Source: Trichoplax adhaerens (lineage: Eukaryota > Animalia > Placozoa). From it: a DNA stretch of 64,000 nt. The stretch lies in NCBI RefSeq assembly GCF_000150275.1, contig NW_002060980.1, positions 68,467-132,466 on the forward strand. The letters run 5' to 3'. The notes beneath the pieces were generated by a model. The model made no database searches. It was given only the letters and a program-made list of their open reading frames with translations, and was not told the origin of the DNA. Position 1 is the first letter of the stretch; each line of letters opens with the position of its first letter. The translations under genes and the position numbers were made by a program. Shown here piece by piece: positions 13,981 through 38,393 of the stretch.

Positions 13981-16900
13981 ATGTCCTATCGGAAGATTAA
14001 AGCAATCGGATTATCGCATGAATTAGTTGACGTACTATTGCAGCACAAGATCACTACTTGTAAGGTATAGCATGTAAGGTTAACTATTGATATAGATGAT
14101 CAAGGACAGTTGTTGCCAACTTTTTACACGGTCGGTATGCATACCCCCATTAGTTGACGTTCTATTGCAGCACAAGATCACCACTTGCAAGGTATAGCAT
14201 GTAAGGTTAACTATTGATATAGATGATCAAGGACAGTTATTGCCAACTTTTTACACGGTCGGTATGCATACCCCCATTAGTTGACGTTCTATTGCAGCAC
14301 AAGATCACCACTTGCAAGGTATAGCATGTAAGGTTAACTATTGATACAGATGATCAAGGACAGTTGTTGCCAACTTTTTACACGGTCGGTATGCATACCC
14401 CCATTAGTTGACGTTCTATTGCAGCACAAGATCACCACTTGCAAGGTATAGCATGTAAGGTTAACTATTGATAGAGATGATCAAGGACAGTTGTTGCCAA
14501 CTTTTCACACGGTCGGTATGCATACCCCCAAGATACTAGTGGAAAGGCTGTAAAGCAGAGAAATTGTTAATATGAAAATGGAGTTTATCTTGATGGATCA
14601 ATGACACTTTGAGTAGTATTCTTGTTATACGTATTCAACGGGTGATGTATTGTTGATGTGCCATGGATTAGAGCTATATAGTAATCCATACTCAATGGAA
14701 GTACCATGGATATAAAGCATAGCATAGAGTGCACAGTAGGTCGGAACCCATTTACTTTTACGGTATACGTAGGATTACAAATTGATTAGTTCACTCGTCA
14801 ATAGAAGTAGTTTGTTTTCTCAAATTTCTATTCATGATTTAGGTAAAGGCACTGATAGGCTACGTTTAGAGATCCGTTCACAAGTTTAAATAACTCATAC
14901 AATTCAATTAACCGTTATCTTGAATCAGAAAATTTGTATATGCAAATACTAGGATATTGTGAAGACTAACATTGGCCAACGATCTTCTATCCTAGGATAT
15001 TCTAGCATTGTCAAATGTCGAATTAATGAACATGACTGGACTCAGTTATCAGCATTCCAAAGATGTTATTCAATCTGCAAGTAGAAGTGTATCACCGAAT
15101 ACTCAAACTGTAGGTTTAGAGAAGTTGTTGCATTCATAGCCAATGCATGAATGATAGTAAAAAAGTTTGACAATTCATCTTCTCTTATCTCATCGCTATA
15201 GGCTGCCAGTTTATTCAATCCGATAGCATCAAAGTATCCAGCATACCTCTCTACTTCATTAAGTCCGTTAGATTGTGCCCTACGCGGTGGCTTACGCTTA
15301 TCAAATTTGACAGAGGTCAGTATACCCAGCATAATACGTATGCTATCTTATCTTCAACACGATTAACGCCCAATCCAACCACTAGTAAATTCGCCCTTGT
15401 TTTAAGACATAAATCAGTTGTATGAGACATTCAGAGTGAATATCATTGCTAGATTCAGTTACTCTATGTTACTACAGATGATAGAAACCTCATTCAAGGT
15501 GCTCAATCAGTATGAACGTGTATAGCATTTAATAAAGGCCTTACCCATCATGTGCAAGGATCATACCAGCAACTACGAATACGAGTTTATCTTATGAATG
15601 AAAATAAAGCATTTATAAACGATATTATTAAGGAATACATGCTTTGCAACTGATCATTACCTACAACTAAACAATGTATTGAAAAGAAATTTTTTCTATA
15701 TATCACAATCGAAGCTGGTAGGACCGCCTGGATCTGGTAAAACTCAATTCTGTATCATGCTCAGCATATTAGCAACTTTACCAAATGAAATGTTAGGTCT
15801 CGATGGTAGCACTATTTACGTCGATACTGAAGCTTCATTTACAGCTGAGAGGTCATACAAATATCAAAGTTACAATTTATCTCTATCCTAATCTTAGGTA
15901 CTAATCTATTTTTAATTTAATTTATTTATTCTTAGGCTTGTAGAAATGGCTACGTGTAAATTTCCTGAATATTTTTCCAATAGGGAGCACTTATCTAAAT
16001 TAACACAACGAGTATGTGTGTCAGTACAACTTGAATCACGCAGTTTGGTCAACAGGCAAGCGTAGAGCAGTAGTGTGCTACAGATAATGCACTATAATCA
16101 ACAAATTTGTAGCCCTTTATACATCTCTTACATCATCAGCTTGTTAAAATCGTAATATAAACTTCTCCAGAAATGAAGATTCCTTTTTATAACGCAACTA
16201 TATATACATCAATTTCCGTGCTATTATAGATTACTCAGTTTAGAAGAGGACATAATCAAGCGAAATGTTAAACTAATTATCGTCGATTCTATAGCATCAC
16301 CTGTTCGAAAAGAGTTCGATCGCACAAGTTCGACTCAACGAGGACAAATTCTTTCAAAGCAAGCAGCTATCTTGAAGTATGTTTAATGACGAAAAATTGC
16401 CAAACCAATCATACTCAAGTAGATACTTATCTGATACATTATCGTTTGATCACTTTCGCAATATTGATTCAATACAATTTTAAATTTATATAGACGTATT
16501 GCTGAAGCTTTCTCGATTCCGGTAAATTGTAACTTTTTATTTAATATCAATTCGTTAGTAATGCAGCACATACAGTATAGTACAATCATAATATGTTAAA
16601 ATTGACCCCGGCATCTATTTAGATTATTATAACAAACCAGATCACAACCAGTTATAACCAGCGCAAGAACGATTCTATTAATGACGAAGATGTGTCTAAT
16701 ATTCAAGCAGATGATTCTAGTACTACAGCTTTTGAAGATCATAGACCACATATAATAGCCGCACTTGGTGAGACATGGGCACATAACGTAAACACTAGGC
16801 TATTTTTAGAGCCAATAGACGACACAAGAAAAAAGGTAAGAATAGCTTATGCTTATCGTACATTAAGTAATTCGATTGCCTGCACATAATTTTTAGGAGA

Positions 16901-17031
16901 CCCATACGTTTTAAATATTCGCAATTAAAATTATTTCTACGTTTTTCTAGATAACGATAATGAAGTCACCAGTAGCAGCTACGGCATCTTTAAATTATGT
17001 TATTGAATCTAAGGGTATCGTTGTAATTTAA
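13981..17031 (+). CDS. RAD51B: DNA repair protein RAD51 paralog B (multi-exon)
   Basis: Exon 1 (13981-14064) reads MSYRKIKAIGLSHELVDVLLQHKITTCK and exon 2 begins DILALSNVELMNMTGLSY. Later motifs are LDCALRGGL, Walker A GPPGSGKTQFC, IYVDTEASFTAER, Walker B LIIVDSIAS, IITNQIT and AALGETWAHNVNTRL. The last exon is ITIMKSPVAATASLNYVIESKGIVVI*. These motifs fit RAD51B best among RAD51 paralogs. Confidence 0.9.
14022..14529 (+). repeat. Tandem repeat 4 x 127 bp spanning the RAD51B exon 1 / intron 1 boundary
   Basis: The unit starts ATTAGTTGACG at 14022, 14149, 14276 and 14403. Each unit contains AAG|GTATAG. Confidence 0.97.
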
Positions 17032-20000
17032 ATTAGTCATTACGTAAACAAGATACAAGCGTTTAGCTATTCAAAGTTTTGATGTCAGCGAAAACCTGAC
17101 CGTACTACTATTTTAATAATGCGGTTTATGAAATAAATATCTAACGCTAATGGAAAAAAATTACTAACTTCGCGCGACTCATTCTCAATTGAAAAGTATT
17201 TTTCTAGAGTACGCGTATTCAAACACAAATCTACTCTAATACTATTTCAGATTAAAATTTATCCATTAATTAATTATTTATGTTCAGTCTGCGTATATAC
17301 TTATTGATTGATATATTGTGTAAGTTGACAATGATTGTATATCCTGGAATTTCTGTCACTACATGTTTTTATATTGTACGTGGTATTGTGCCTCGTAATA
17401 AAATAATTTATACTTTTTTGCGTATGTTGTATCAATCGAATAGTAATGCCGTTGGTTTAAACAGTCTTGAATACGTATTTCAAGCTTAGCATGAAACCTT
17501 ACCTCATTGTAGAATTTATAACTTTTGTAACATAGGGATACCTTTGATGGTAATAACTAATAACGTGAGTCTAGGAAGTTTAACTATCTCCAGTACGTGC
17601 TTTAAATTTATAAGATGATTAATTTTAAAATATATTTAAAGAAATATACGAAGACTTTATTATTATAATATTATCAAATAGTTTTACGGGTATTTAAGAT
17701 CCCGATCTTACCAAATATATAGGTTGTTTAACTTCCTTTTCGTGATAGTATCATGTTTTACGTAGACATCCAAAAGTAGTCTAGTTACATAAACATTTAA
17801 TGTAGATAAAATACTAAAAATTAGATACTGAAGTGGTACAACATTTTCATTCCCGCAACTATAAAGTACGATAACTCTATAGCTAAGGTGATCATGAGGC
17901 CTATTATTTGAAATGCGCCAATAACCTCATCAATTTTCTGAAATCTATTATTTCATGTATTATACATTTGATTAATTGAGATATTTTTTACTCATCAATC
18001 TTTCAAACAAACTTATACGGTATCTTCCCTCTTGTATTAGGATTAGGGTAAGGTGTTGATTTGAAATTAAGTTAGCTTCTAATTGAGAAATGAAGTGCGG
18101 TAATCTGAATACAATATTAATAGAACTATAACTAGCGGCTGCTAAATGAAGTTCATTCAGTAGCCCCTGCTATAACTAATATGCAACCGTTAAAACAAAT
18201 GAAATTTTAAGATATTTAAAACTCGTAACTATGTCGCGTAGTGTAAATTTAGTACAAAGTAAAGTTTCGAGGATAGTTTATTACTAGTCTGTTAGTCACT
18301 GATTAGGCTAGTTCAATGACTTTTTAAATCACATATACAACAATTCCATAGCTATTCTTTTCAATTTCAGAAATATGGTGTTTATCCAATTACCTATTGG
18401 AAGCCAATTTTATTGTCGCTATGACGAAATAGCGTACACTATTCGCATTTTAATCATTATCCTAACGGATCGCATCATGTACGATGTGTTAAGCAATCTA
18501 TGGTTTATGTTGGAATCTTACGTGGTGCAATTTTTAATTTGGATGTCACACGAGTATTTTTATATAAATTTTATTTTTTAAGGCGCAGACAACAGATTAT
18601 TTTAAGCATGAAATAGGCATTCTAGGATAGGTTGGCATTTGTTAATTAGAATTTACGATTAATGTAATATCCTAAAGCTAACGGCAATCAGACAACTTTA
18701 CCGTATAGTATGGAAAGTATATGATATATACGGTATAGTATGTAAGTTATAATCTCGATTCATTTAAAGCTATTTTCTTATTTGAAATACCCAAAAGATG
18801 AACAATTAATTACTTGTATAAGTCAAAACTAAACGCATAATACACTAGCGAAGATTTTACTTAAATGGTAAAATAATATTTTATACAAATTTAAGACGCT
18901 GTATGGAGAACATAGAATATTGAATTTAGGATCCTACTTAGATTTAGCCGAGTTTCAGTGTAAATTACAGTTGTATCTATAAATTGATCAATGAGGTGGA
19001 TACAAGTATAAGTACGTATTTAATTGAGTAAAACTATGCCGATAGCATGCACTACTCCTATGTAATCATAAGCGTCGAAAAATGGTTAATAACTAAAGCT
19101 ATTACTTTTGCGTACATAAATAAGCCATAGCATCAAATAAGTGGAGCGCATTAACAATTTAACACTGCAATCACGAATTCAGATCCATATATAACCAGCC
19201 CATCACTGCATATAGGAGCTAAACCTGATAATTTCACCTTTACACGCACAGTCTTATTTTTTACGTCAACTTTTCTACGTATATGTAATACCGCAAAACA
19301 TACTGACAGCATCATAAATTTAAGAGAAGAATTGATGCTAATCATTTACGTTTAGCGTTAATGTTAGCTTTGAATAAAGTTTGTAGAAATGTTTCATATT
19401 TTTTAGAGATCATTTAAGTACCGTACTAATTCAAAACACACTATGAAATCAACATGACAAAGTAAGAGCTACTTAATAAGAAAATAGAGAAGCTGTAACT
19501 ATACGATGGGATTAGTAGAACATAATATATCTTCAAAAATTATGTAATCGATTCATCTACAATTACTAATAAGGTACGATGATAGCTTGCTGAAATTCAA
19601 TTGGTGGTTGTTTTAAGTGGTAATTTAGGCCTAATTCATGAGATTTAATTTAACGAAAAGTAATCTTTCCAGTAGCTGGATACCACCACTGTGCAAGGAT
19701 TACGTTATTAATTAAGGACCAAGTATAATAATTTAATGTACATATCTTGCCTGGTCACATACCGAACCTATGAATTGAAAGTTAATTATTTTGAAAGCAT
19801 TACTATTGGCAAATTTATTACGAACAACTTAGGATTACAAACAGCAATCGTATTTACTCTAACGCTGGTCTCTATTTCAATCTTTTAAATCAGTATCGGA
19901 ACTTGACATAATTCGGTTGTTTAAGTATTAGATACATAAAAATTGACTGTAAGTTGTGATTAAATGTAATCATTGATAACTAAGCTCTCTACTTCTTGTA

Positions 20001-23000
20001 TTCAAGTTGATCCAATTGACTTCTGTGAACGTTTGCAATATTCGAATACTCTACAGAAATCTTTCACTGGACGACTAAAGTCTATTAACGTCATCAGTCT
20101 TCCACAGCTATTGAAAGATTGAACTGTAGTGCAATTGATTAGAGAGTACAAGATTTACTAAGTGTGATTAACTTAACTAAATTTAAAATGACAGAATTAC
20201 AAAACTTTGTTAATTAGTATTATACTCAAACGCTCCTTACATCACTTTTATACCGCGTATATTGCATATGACATCTACTGTCGAAGTTTTTACATAAGGG
20301 GTATAGAATTTCAACATTAATTAATAGCTATTGCATTAAGAGCAAAATTATTAGTAATGATTAACAAAAACTATCAACTCGTTTTTCTCCTATGAAAATG
20401 TTTACAGTTAATTATTGTTACTACATGGAGGAGCAGGATTAATGCTACAAACAGCAAAGCTCTATTTTTGCAAATGCGTGTTTGATATAAATGAAAGTGT
20501 ACGCACGTGCAAATATAGTAACATTATTAGATTAGCATATTATATACAAGTAAAGGCAACTAATCCATGTAATCAAACTATTATCTTGAAATTAAAGATT
20601 CTCTCGATAATATTTAATCAGTTGTTGCTACCTCTTAACTATCGAGCCGTCGAATTATGCGCTATTTACACTAAAGAAAGAGCGAAAATTTATCATTTTC
20701 TGGTTCTACAAATAGCAAATACGTATCAGGAAGCATATATAGCAAAAGAATCTAGCTGCGAATTTTCTTTTAATGCATTGCTTTGTGTAGAATATGTACC
20801 CGTTCCTTTTAATTGTTGAGCGATCGAATTGTATGCTATTTTACACTAGAGAAAGAGTGAGAATTTTTTACTTTCTAGAACATTTACATTAGCTTACAAC
20901 AAAGTAATCTTAATTTAAAAATTAATGATACGTTTTTTAAAATAAAGCTCACGATCATTGTAATCTATCAAATTACAGCACTATACTTGTTTCAAGAGAG
21001 GTTGCAAATATTCACTGTTCACTAGCACATTTTAATTTTTTAAAATACTATTTTAATAATTAGGTGCTTATAACCGGGGAAAGGATGTCATACTGTACAT
21101 AAGAGCATTTTAGGAACATATGTATAATGTACGGTATAATTCGATATTAGTACCGGTATTTCCTGACAAAAAGGTTATCAACAAATGCTTAGAATTATTA
21201 TGATATTTGATATCATATCCTTTCGGTATAACTAATGTAACAATCTACGGATAACTTAAAAGAGTTGAATTCACCGGATAGATCAAAGAGTCTTCTGTAT
21301 TTATTTTGAAAGCAAGTTGAGGCAGATATACGGTATACCATACTGCACGTTTAAAGAAAAAATATGTTACTATCAATAAATAGGATATACTCTTTACAGT
21401 GCAGTAGTATTGTCGTGAAGTTTATTATATACTACGCTATATTTATTAGATTGTACGATGTAAGACTATATGTAGTGTCGGTCAGTAATAGTACGGTTAA
21501 GATTGTTTTTGTGTGTTTGCGCTAATTCGATAATATCTAAACTTAGTACGTTACAACTTGCTATTGTCACAGGTTACATAATAATACTTGTGATTGAATG
21601 AATAATTATAGCATTCTACAAATGTAACATACACTTGTTAATTCTATGTGTTAATGGTGGATTGTACTGCGTTCACTAGCGAATTCACTGTTATAATACA
21701 ACTTTGTAATTATAATGCGTTGTAAGTGTGAACGGCGTACGTATATAAGCCGCCACTTTTCAATACAATAAAGAGAGAGTAGAGTTAGTAGTTAGTTTTA
21801 CAATAACTTCAACTACGTATTCAATTTCTTGTCTCTATGCTAAGTGAGAGTAGTACGAACTTTCAATACAGTTGTTAGTATTAACTCTAGATAGTAATAC
21901 ACAAGAAAGTTGATTATTACGTTAGCCATTTGATATGATCCAACAAGGATTTTAGAAAATTTTTAACAATTAAGCTACAGTAACAAAAATATTCAAGTAA
22001 AATAGCGCTTTAACTGCGTCATATTTAGGTCACTTTTTATGGTGAGTTTTTCAACGACAGTTCACCATGCACTTGGTTGTAGTCAAGCTAATGTATTTCG
22101 GAAATATCTTATAAAATTGTAACTGTATTAGCTGTGGTACTCAGAATTGATAAAATTGATGATGGTAAAGGTATTACTAACTTAAAACTGTTGATAAAGT
22201 ATCTCAAAAATGATATGACGCAAACGCTTCATATTAAACTTTTCTTTATAGCATAAATCTCCTACCGAAGATTAATTACTTAATCATTAAACTAAATGTC
22301 ATGTTGTTACTAATTGAGACTTTTAATGAGAAAAATTAAAACTACGACAAGACAATTAACATTATGAATTTTCTGCCCCTGTTTATCCTCCCTGATGTCC
22401 ACCTACAGTACGACTCAAAGTGCTGAATATCTCCCACTATCAGGAGGTCACAGTAAACTTCACGTCTCTCTTAGACAAAACCGAACGCAAATTTTCCTGT
22501 AATTTCCTTGAACTTCGACGACATTTTAGGTGCCATCGAGGAATGTAATTTAAACCGTTAAGTTAAATGGGACTAATTCCACTAAAATGGTATTTCAATC
22601 CAAGTTATCAATTGAAATATCATTTTTAGGGAAATAAGTGCCGCTTATTAAAGTTACCTTTCGCAATGACGGTTGAGATATCCTTGAAAGTCCGCCGAAA
22701 TTGCGGGTAATTGATTCTGTCTCTAATCTTAATTTGCAAGCTCAGATGTTAACGTTGACATAACATTTAGCAAATCATCTAGCGTGGTGGAGGCAAATTT
22801 ATTGCATCTTCGCTAATTTATAGTGCTATAAAATATCAGTAATTAACTTTACAAGTTGCATTATTACCAATGTTTATCTGACAGTAAGTAATCATCGAAG
22901 TCAGCTCAAATTATTATTATCACCATAGTCATAAATGTATATAAGACTCCTCAAATTTGAAATAGTTACTGAAAGTTTGAAATTTGATTTTAAAATTAAA

Positions 23001-26000
23001 ATGTGATAAAAATTTGCAGTTTATAAATCAAATGGAGGACGGTAAATTAATTCTTTGAGGATTAAGTTAAATTAAAATCAAGATATATCATTGAGGTTTG
23101 TCGAAATTACGGTATTGAAAGAATCAACCGATCAATTTATAGTACAATTACAATAAAATTAGTTATCAGTACGGATAATATGATAAAGCTGTGCGCTAAT
23201 CTGTAAAATTATGTACAGCGTCATAGATAACGGCATTATCAATAAATACCAACTTACATTGTCTAATAAAATAAGATAAATACGGTATTTATCCACGAAA
23301 TTCACGGTACTGCCTGGCACAAATAGATAGCATATAGAAGTCAAAAAATAAATCAAGAGAAACATTTTCCACCTTTACGAAAGATGGGAATGGCAAAAAA
23401 CAGCGACAACGGATATCGTAGTAAAATCTTCCTGGCTCTAAATATACAACTATTACAGTAATTCATTTAGTACAATTCACGGTAATCTTTGTGAGATAGA
23501 CTTTAGTATTTAGGGCTATCGAGATTAATTATCAATATGCAAGTATTATGCAAGTATTATGTAAGTGCGGAAAGTCATGAGCTAACAATATCAATGAGAT
23601 AAATTCTTCACAGAATGAATCCAATCTGTTAATTGACAAACATGACTAAGTTGTTAACGTACATGATCCATACATAAATATACGATTAGCCAACATTCCT
23701 TTTGCAACATAATTCATGCACCAGTAATTACTATGAGAGTGACGGGAGACAAGAAGACTTTTAAATAATTGAAGGCTACAGCATCGAAGACATATCTATA
23801 CGTATATGTAAACTATACAATCCAAACTAAGATATAAGAAACATTTCTTGTTAAATTTTAAGTACATTGGTTTCATTAATAAAATAGCTCTCAATAGATA
23901 TAATACGATTATATTATACTCGTATTATGAGTATTTAAAGATTGAACGCAGATCTAGACCTAGCTATTTATTCCATTTGTGCATATATACAACACTTTGA
24001 ATGATTGATTATTCGAAGCATAGAGTTGGAAAACAATTATGGAAAAAGTGGAGTGTTCATTTTGATGGGATTAAAAAAATGAGACTCTTAATAGTAATAA
24101 TGTAAAAGGTCAGGATCCCATGGTAGTTGTGGTCACCCATCAACTATTGCATTCTCACTAAAGTTATAATAAATAGATTTACTGCAATAATATTACTGTC
24201 GATACTAGTTTATTGTGTTAGTCCCACTTATAATATTCATTTTATGGCGGTAATTACAAACACCGCATCTAACTGTTTACATTCCATGTGGATATCTTAT
24301 AATAATAAGCTATTGGAATGCATATGGCACGAAATTTTATCAAATCATCTTCTAGGAATTTAAATATCGTATGGTTTCATGGAAAGAGAGATTATACTAT
24401 TAAATCCAGTCAATTGTTATGATTTCTGAACGTGCTTTTGAGGTTCACATTTTATGCATTAATCGGTTACTAAACCACTCATAAGAAATTATTGATAAAT
24501 TGACCATATGTTCGAGCTATGTAACTCTAAATTCTAGGCTCTGATTTGTACTTAACGATAACAACACTAGTACAATATAAAATACAATATTGCAGGGTAA
24601 ATTTTTTTGTTCTCGGTCTTTATTTTTATTGTTCAATCAGAATAGGAATGATCTCACATTCAAGGCATAACTGCATACCATCAACATAAATTATAGATTA
24701 TGACAAAGTAGAAATATCGTGAATAGATTTAATATGCATAGTCAGTTGCCTTAGCAGGTAAATTACCTATACATCTGTTTGGTCTCTATTAATGCAAAGT
24801 ATGATTGCGCACTTGAAGTATTAAACGAATACCTTGAAAAATTAGTCCATACTTGATATCGTCTATCATTGACCTTATGATCTCACTATTGGCATGATAA
24901 ATTGTTCTTTCTTATTTAGGAAACTCAATACATGCATTACAAAGTTATTAAATTATCACGATTTTTCACCTATAACGTTACTAAATATCAATAATAGAGC
25001 TAATTCAATATTGTACTTCAGTCAGCGAATCCTCTCCAACAAATCCTATTAACAAAGTATTGAAAAAGAAGTGAGACGTAGTTAAGTTGTGTTATAAAGT
25101 TTCTGTAGAAGATAGAATTTAAAATTAGAACCGAATATTCGTTCGTTATGAAACTTAAAAATTGAAATTAAATGCTTAAAAGCTGTAAACTCAGGTGAAC
25201 TATTTCACTCTACTCAAGTAATTATACTTTCACGATGATGGTTTTTATATCATCGATGCAGTGGTTTTTGTAGTAGCTTCTACTAACTCACGCGCTGAAT
25301 CATTTCAGTTTACGATACATTCCAGTATAGCAATGCATGTCCATAGTTCAGTGTGCTGTATATACGTTATGATCAATCTCCGAAGAACTCGATTCCTAAT
25401 CGTAAAGGCATTGCAAGTCAACCTTGGAATTTTTGACAATCCTGGAATTGGCTAGTCAATCCTAGGATTGTCCAACCTTGGGAATTGATCATATCATATA
25501 TACCGAATACAGAGATCGTCTACAGGATCTACTATATATTTTTAAAATAACGAAAATTTTGATGATTAGAACAAAAATAGGCAATAGTCTTTAAAGTGTA
25601 GAAGAGTAATAAAACGAGTAACTCTGTACTGATTCTGTGAGTCACCTTATAGTACAGCATTTGCAATATAGCAACTACAATAACATACGAATAGCTAACT
25701 AAACTGTGGGCGTGCATACCGCACAGTATGTTTGACGGGAATAATGATCTTTACGTCTGCAAATTCGTCTGCAGTCTGCATTGAAAACTTTCCAGTACAT
25801 TTCTGCACACCCCGCTTAAAAAGGCTTATATTTACAGTACAGTTAATTTAATTTTTTTCTCTTAATTTTTTGTGACGCCATCATAATTGAAGCCCCTCCT
25901 ATTTCAGGAGAAAGATGCAAGAATGTTTAGATAGCAATGGGAATGATTTGAATTGGTTCACATGCGGTTTGCGGCAACTGAGTTTAATTGAGTAGCAAGT

Positions 26001-28535
26001 TGTGTAAGCTAGTAACTGATAGAATTGATTTCGAATCAGATTGCAATCAGTTGTGGAAGCAGGTAGAAAGATCGTCATACTACAGCTAATTGTTTCATTA
26101 CACACCCGTTGCACTACTAAGGTAGCTTAGTACACTATACTGGTACAGTCGTATACTGTACTTTATCGTAGTGGCTATTTCCGATTCTGTTCTCATTGTG
26201 GCTATTGCTTCTCCCAATTTATCATGAGTTGCAGGGTGGTAAGATAGCTCACCGCACCTCTACAACCTCATCGATGTGTTATTTCCTCGCTAGAGTAACT
26301 TCTACGTCGTAGTGCTACGCTTATCCAGATCTTTAAAAATAATTTAATATACAACATTATCTTGTCTAGACTCTAGATCTCATTTATCTGAACTTTGACT
26401 TATTATTATCGGCGATGTATACGAGTATAAATGCCATTGGATTACATTACAAAACTGTCGATAGATGATTCATTTATGTAACAATTCTCACATCCAGTTT
26501 ATCAAGATCTCCCATTTATCGGATGCGTCGCTAAAGGGTAACCATGTGAAGTAGCGATGTATGTGTTGTATGCATTATAGACTGTGGAATAAGGATTAGC
26601 TACTCGGAGAACCGAAGTAGTGAATAATTTATACCAAGGAAGAGCAAGGAATTTACAACTTATAGCTCAAGATTATAGTTATAGTGTAATAACGTCAAAG
26701 TATAGATTTACCGGAAAAAATAACTCTTGACATGCACTATGAGATACTGGTTGTGCTCTTGTATGACGAGTACCATACCGCATACAGTACTGTACTATGC
26801 CTTGGGGACTATTGACAGTCAGTAGAAATTCTTGCAAGGGTACATATGCAATTAATTCAGCCAGCCCATTCTATAGACAACATATACAATTTAGGGAAAC
26901 ATAGAAGATATAGTGTTTATTGTGTAATATAACACGGTAGCATTTTAATCAAGAACTATTCGAATAAAAGTTTACGTCGAAAATAATAGAATCATTCAGT
27001 AGATATGATAACAATAGTAAATTATTAGGCTTTGACTAATTCTATCCATCTCTCATTATCTTTTGGCATCATTGTGATAGTAACTAAAATCGAACATGCA
27101 ACGCTGTGACGTAATAGGAAATTTTACAACTTGACCTTAATGTATACCATGGCTATACTGTAGTTCACCATGACCAATTTACGATAGCGAAGAAATTCCC
27201 AAACTCATTGGCATTGGTTTAATCAAGACAAAGCCACGTTGTAATCACTACCTGAGATATTCGATCTAGTTAATCGATTATTATTTTTAAGTAATAAAGA
27301 ACAGATAAATGTATTATAATGAATACATACAGATTTCATTTGTAAGTTTGGTTAAGTGTATGCGATCATTGAAATAATTTAAACTAATTTAAATGTCGTA
27401 TTACGCGGTTAATTTCCTGAATGATAACTATTGATTATAGCCTAACGCAATTAATTATCATCAATTAATCTTTACTATTTCAATCATTTAATCTGCGATA
27501 ATGTAAGTAATTGATATTATCCGATATTATTACTATATTGGAAGTTTAATGTGATGTCTTACGGTGATTGCAATTGAGAACTTCTGTACAATCGCATGAG
27601 TTGATTACGGTACTGAAATGTCATGCCACTGCATAATCAGGCAACGGAAACTAGATAGCTAGTATTAGCTGTCAATCTAGTTACTAGATTCATTATACTA
27701 TAAATTTAATTTTTTAAAATGTAATTATAAACATCAAAGCAATTGTTAATTCGGAAAAAATGATTATTCAATGATATTGACTATCTCATTGTTATGAAAA
27801 TGATGACAGCTTACGCTCATAGACTATCGTTGAAATCAGTCCTGATTACTAAATATCATCAAAGGCAATGAATCTTCTTTAGATCGCAACTATTGTTATT
27901 CGCTTAAAGTTATTATGTTGACAACATAACCGTTATTTTATTGTTCTTGTTTGGCTTTGTTCTAATTCGTAATAATCCAAAAGTAAAGCAGGAAAAAAAT
28001 TAAGATTATACAAGCTTGAACGATAGGCACGTATCATCGTTTTACGCAATTTAAAAAATCGATCTATTCCAATTGCCAAATAGACTACGAGAATCGCTTT
28101 AACACGTGTTAAGGAAAGAACTGCCTTATCATTTACCAAGAGAAACAATCATTTGTAAATAGTGAATTTCCAATCAATTTAGCCGTATGTCATTTTAATC
28201 AATAACGTTATTCAGTATAAAATAGACTAGAGTTGGATAGGAAACTTGATTAGTGACTTATACAATATTTTACACAATCACCAAACCCTTTACTTTAGTA
28301 CGTATCACCCTTTTATTGTTTACTGTCAGCAGATTTAACAGGGTTATGCTAAACTCTGAATCATGGAATTCTCCATCTTGGTGGTAACTCGAATTGCAAT
28401 TACAAGATATAACTGAACCTTTTACCATCATTGAATCTTCACTGATAAGACTATTAAAACTAAATTGATTCCTATTGACTCAATTGGTAAAATTTACATT
28501 CCTTGGAGGGAGGATATCACTATTTATTAGAAGTT

Positions 28536-38393
<9,858 letters not shown>

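Noticed and set aside
20415-20819. 134-aa ORF
   Set aside because: Non-ATG start, composition like translated AT-rich non-coding DNA, no motifs, and it overlaps a degenerate repeat.
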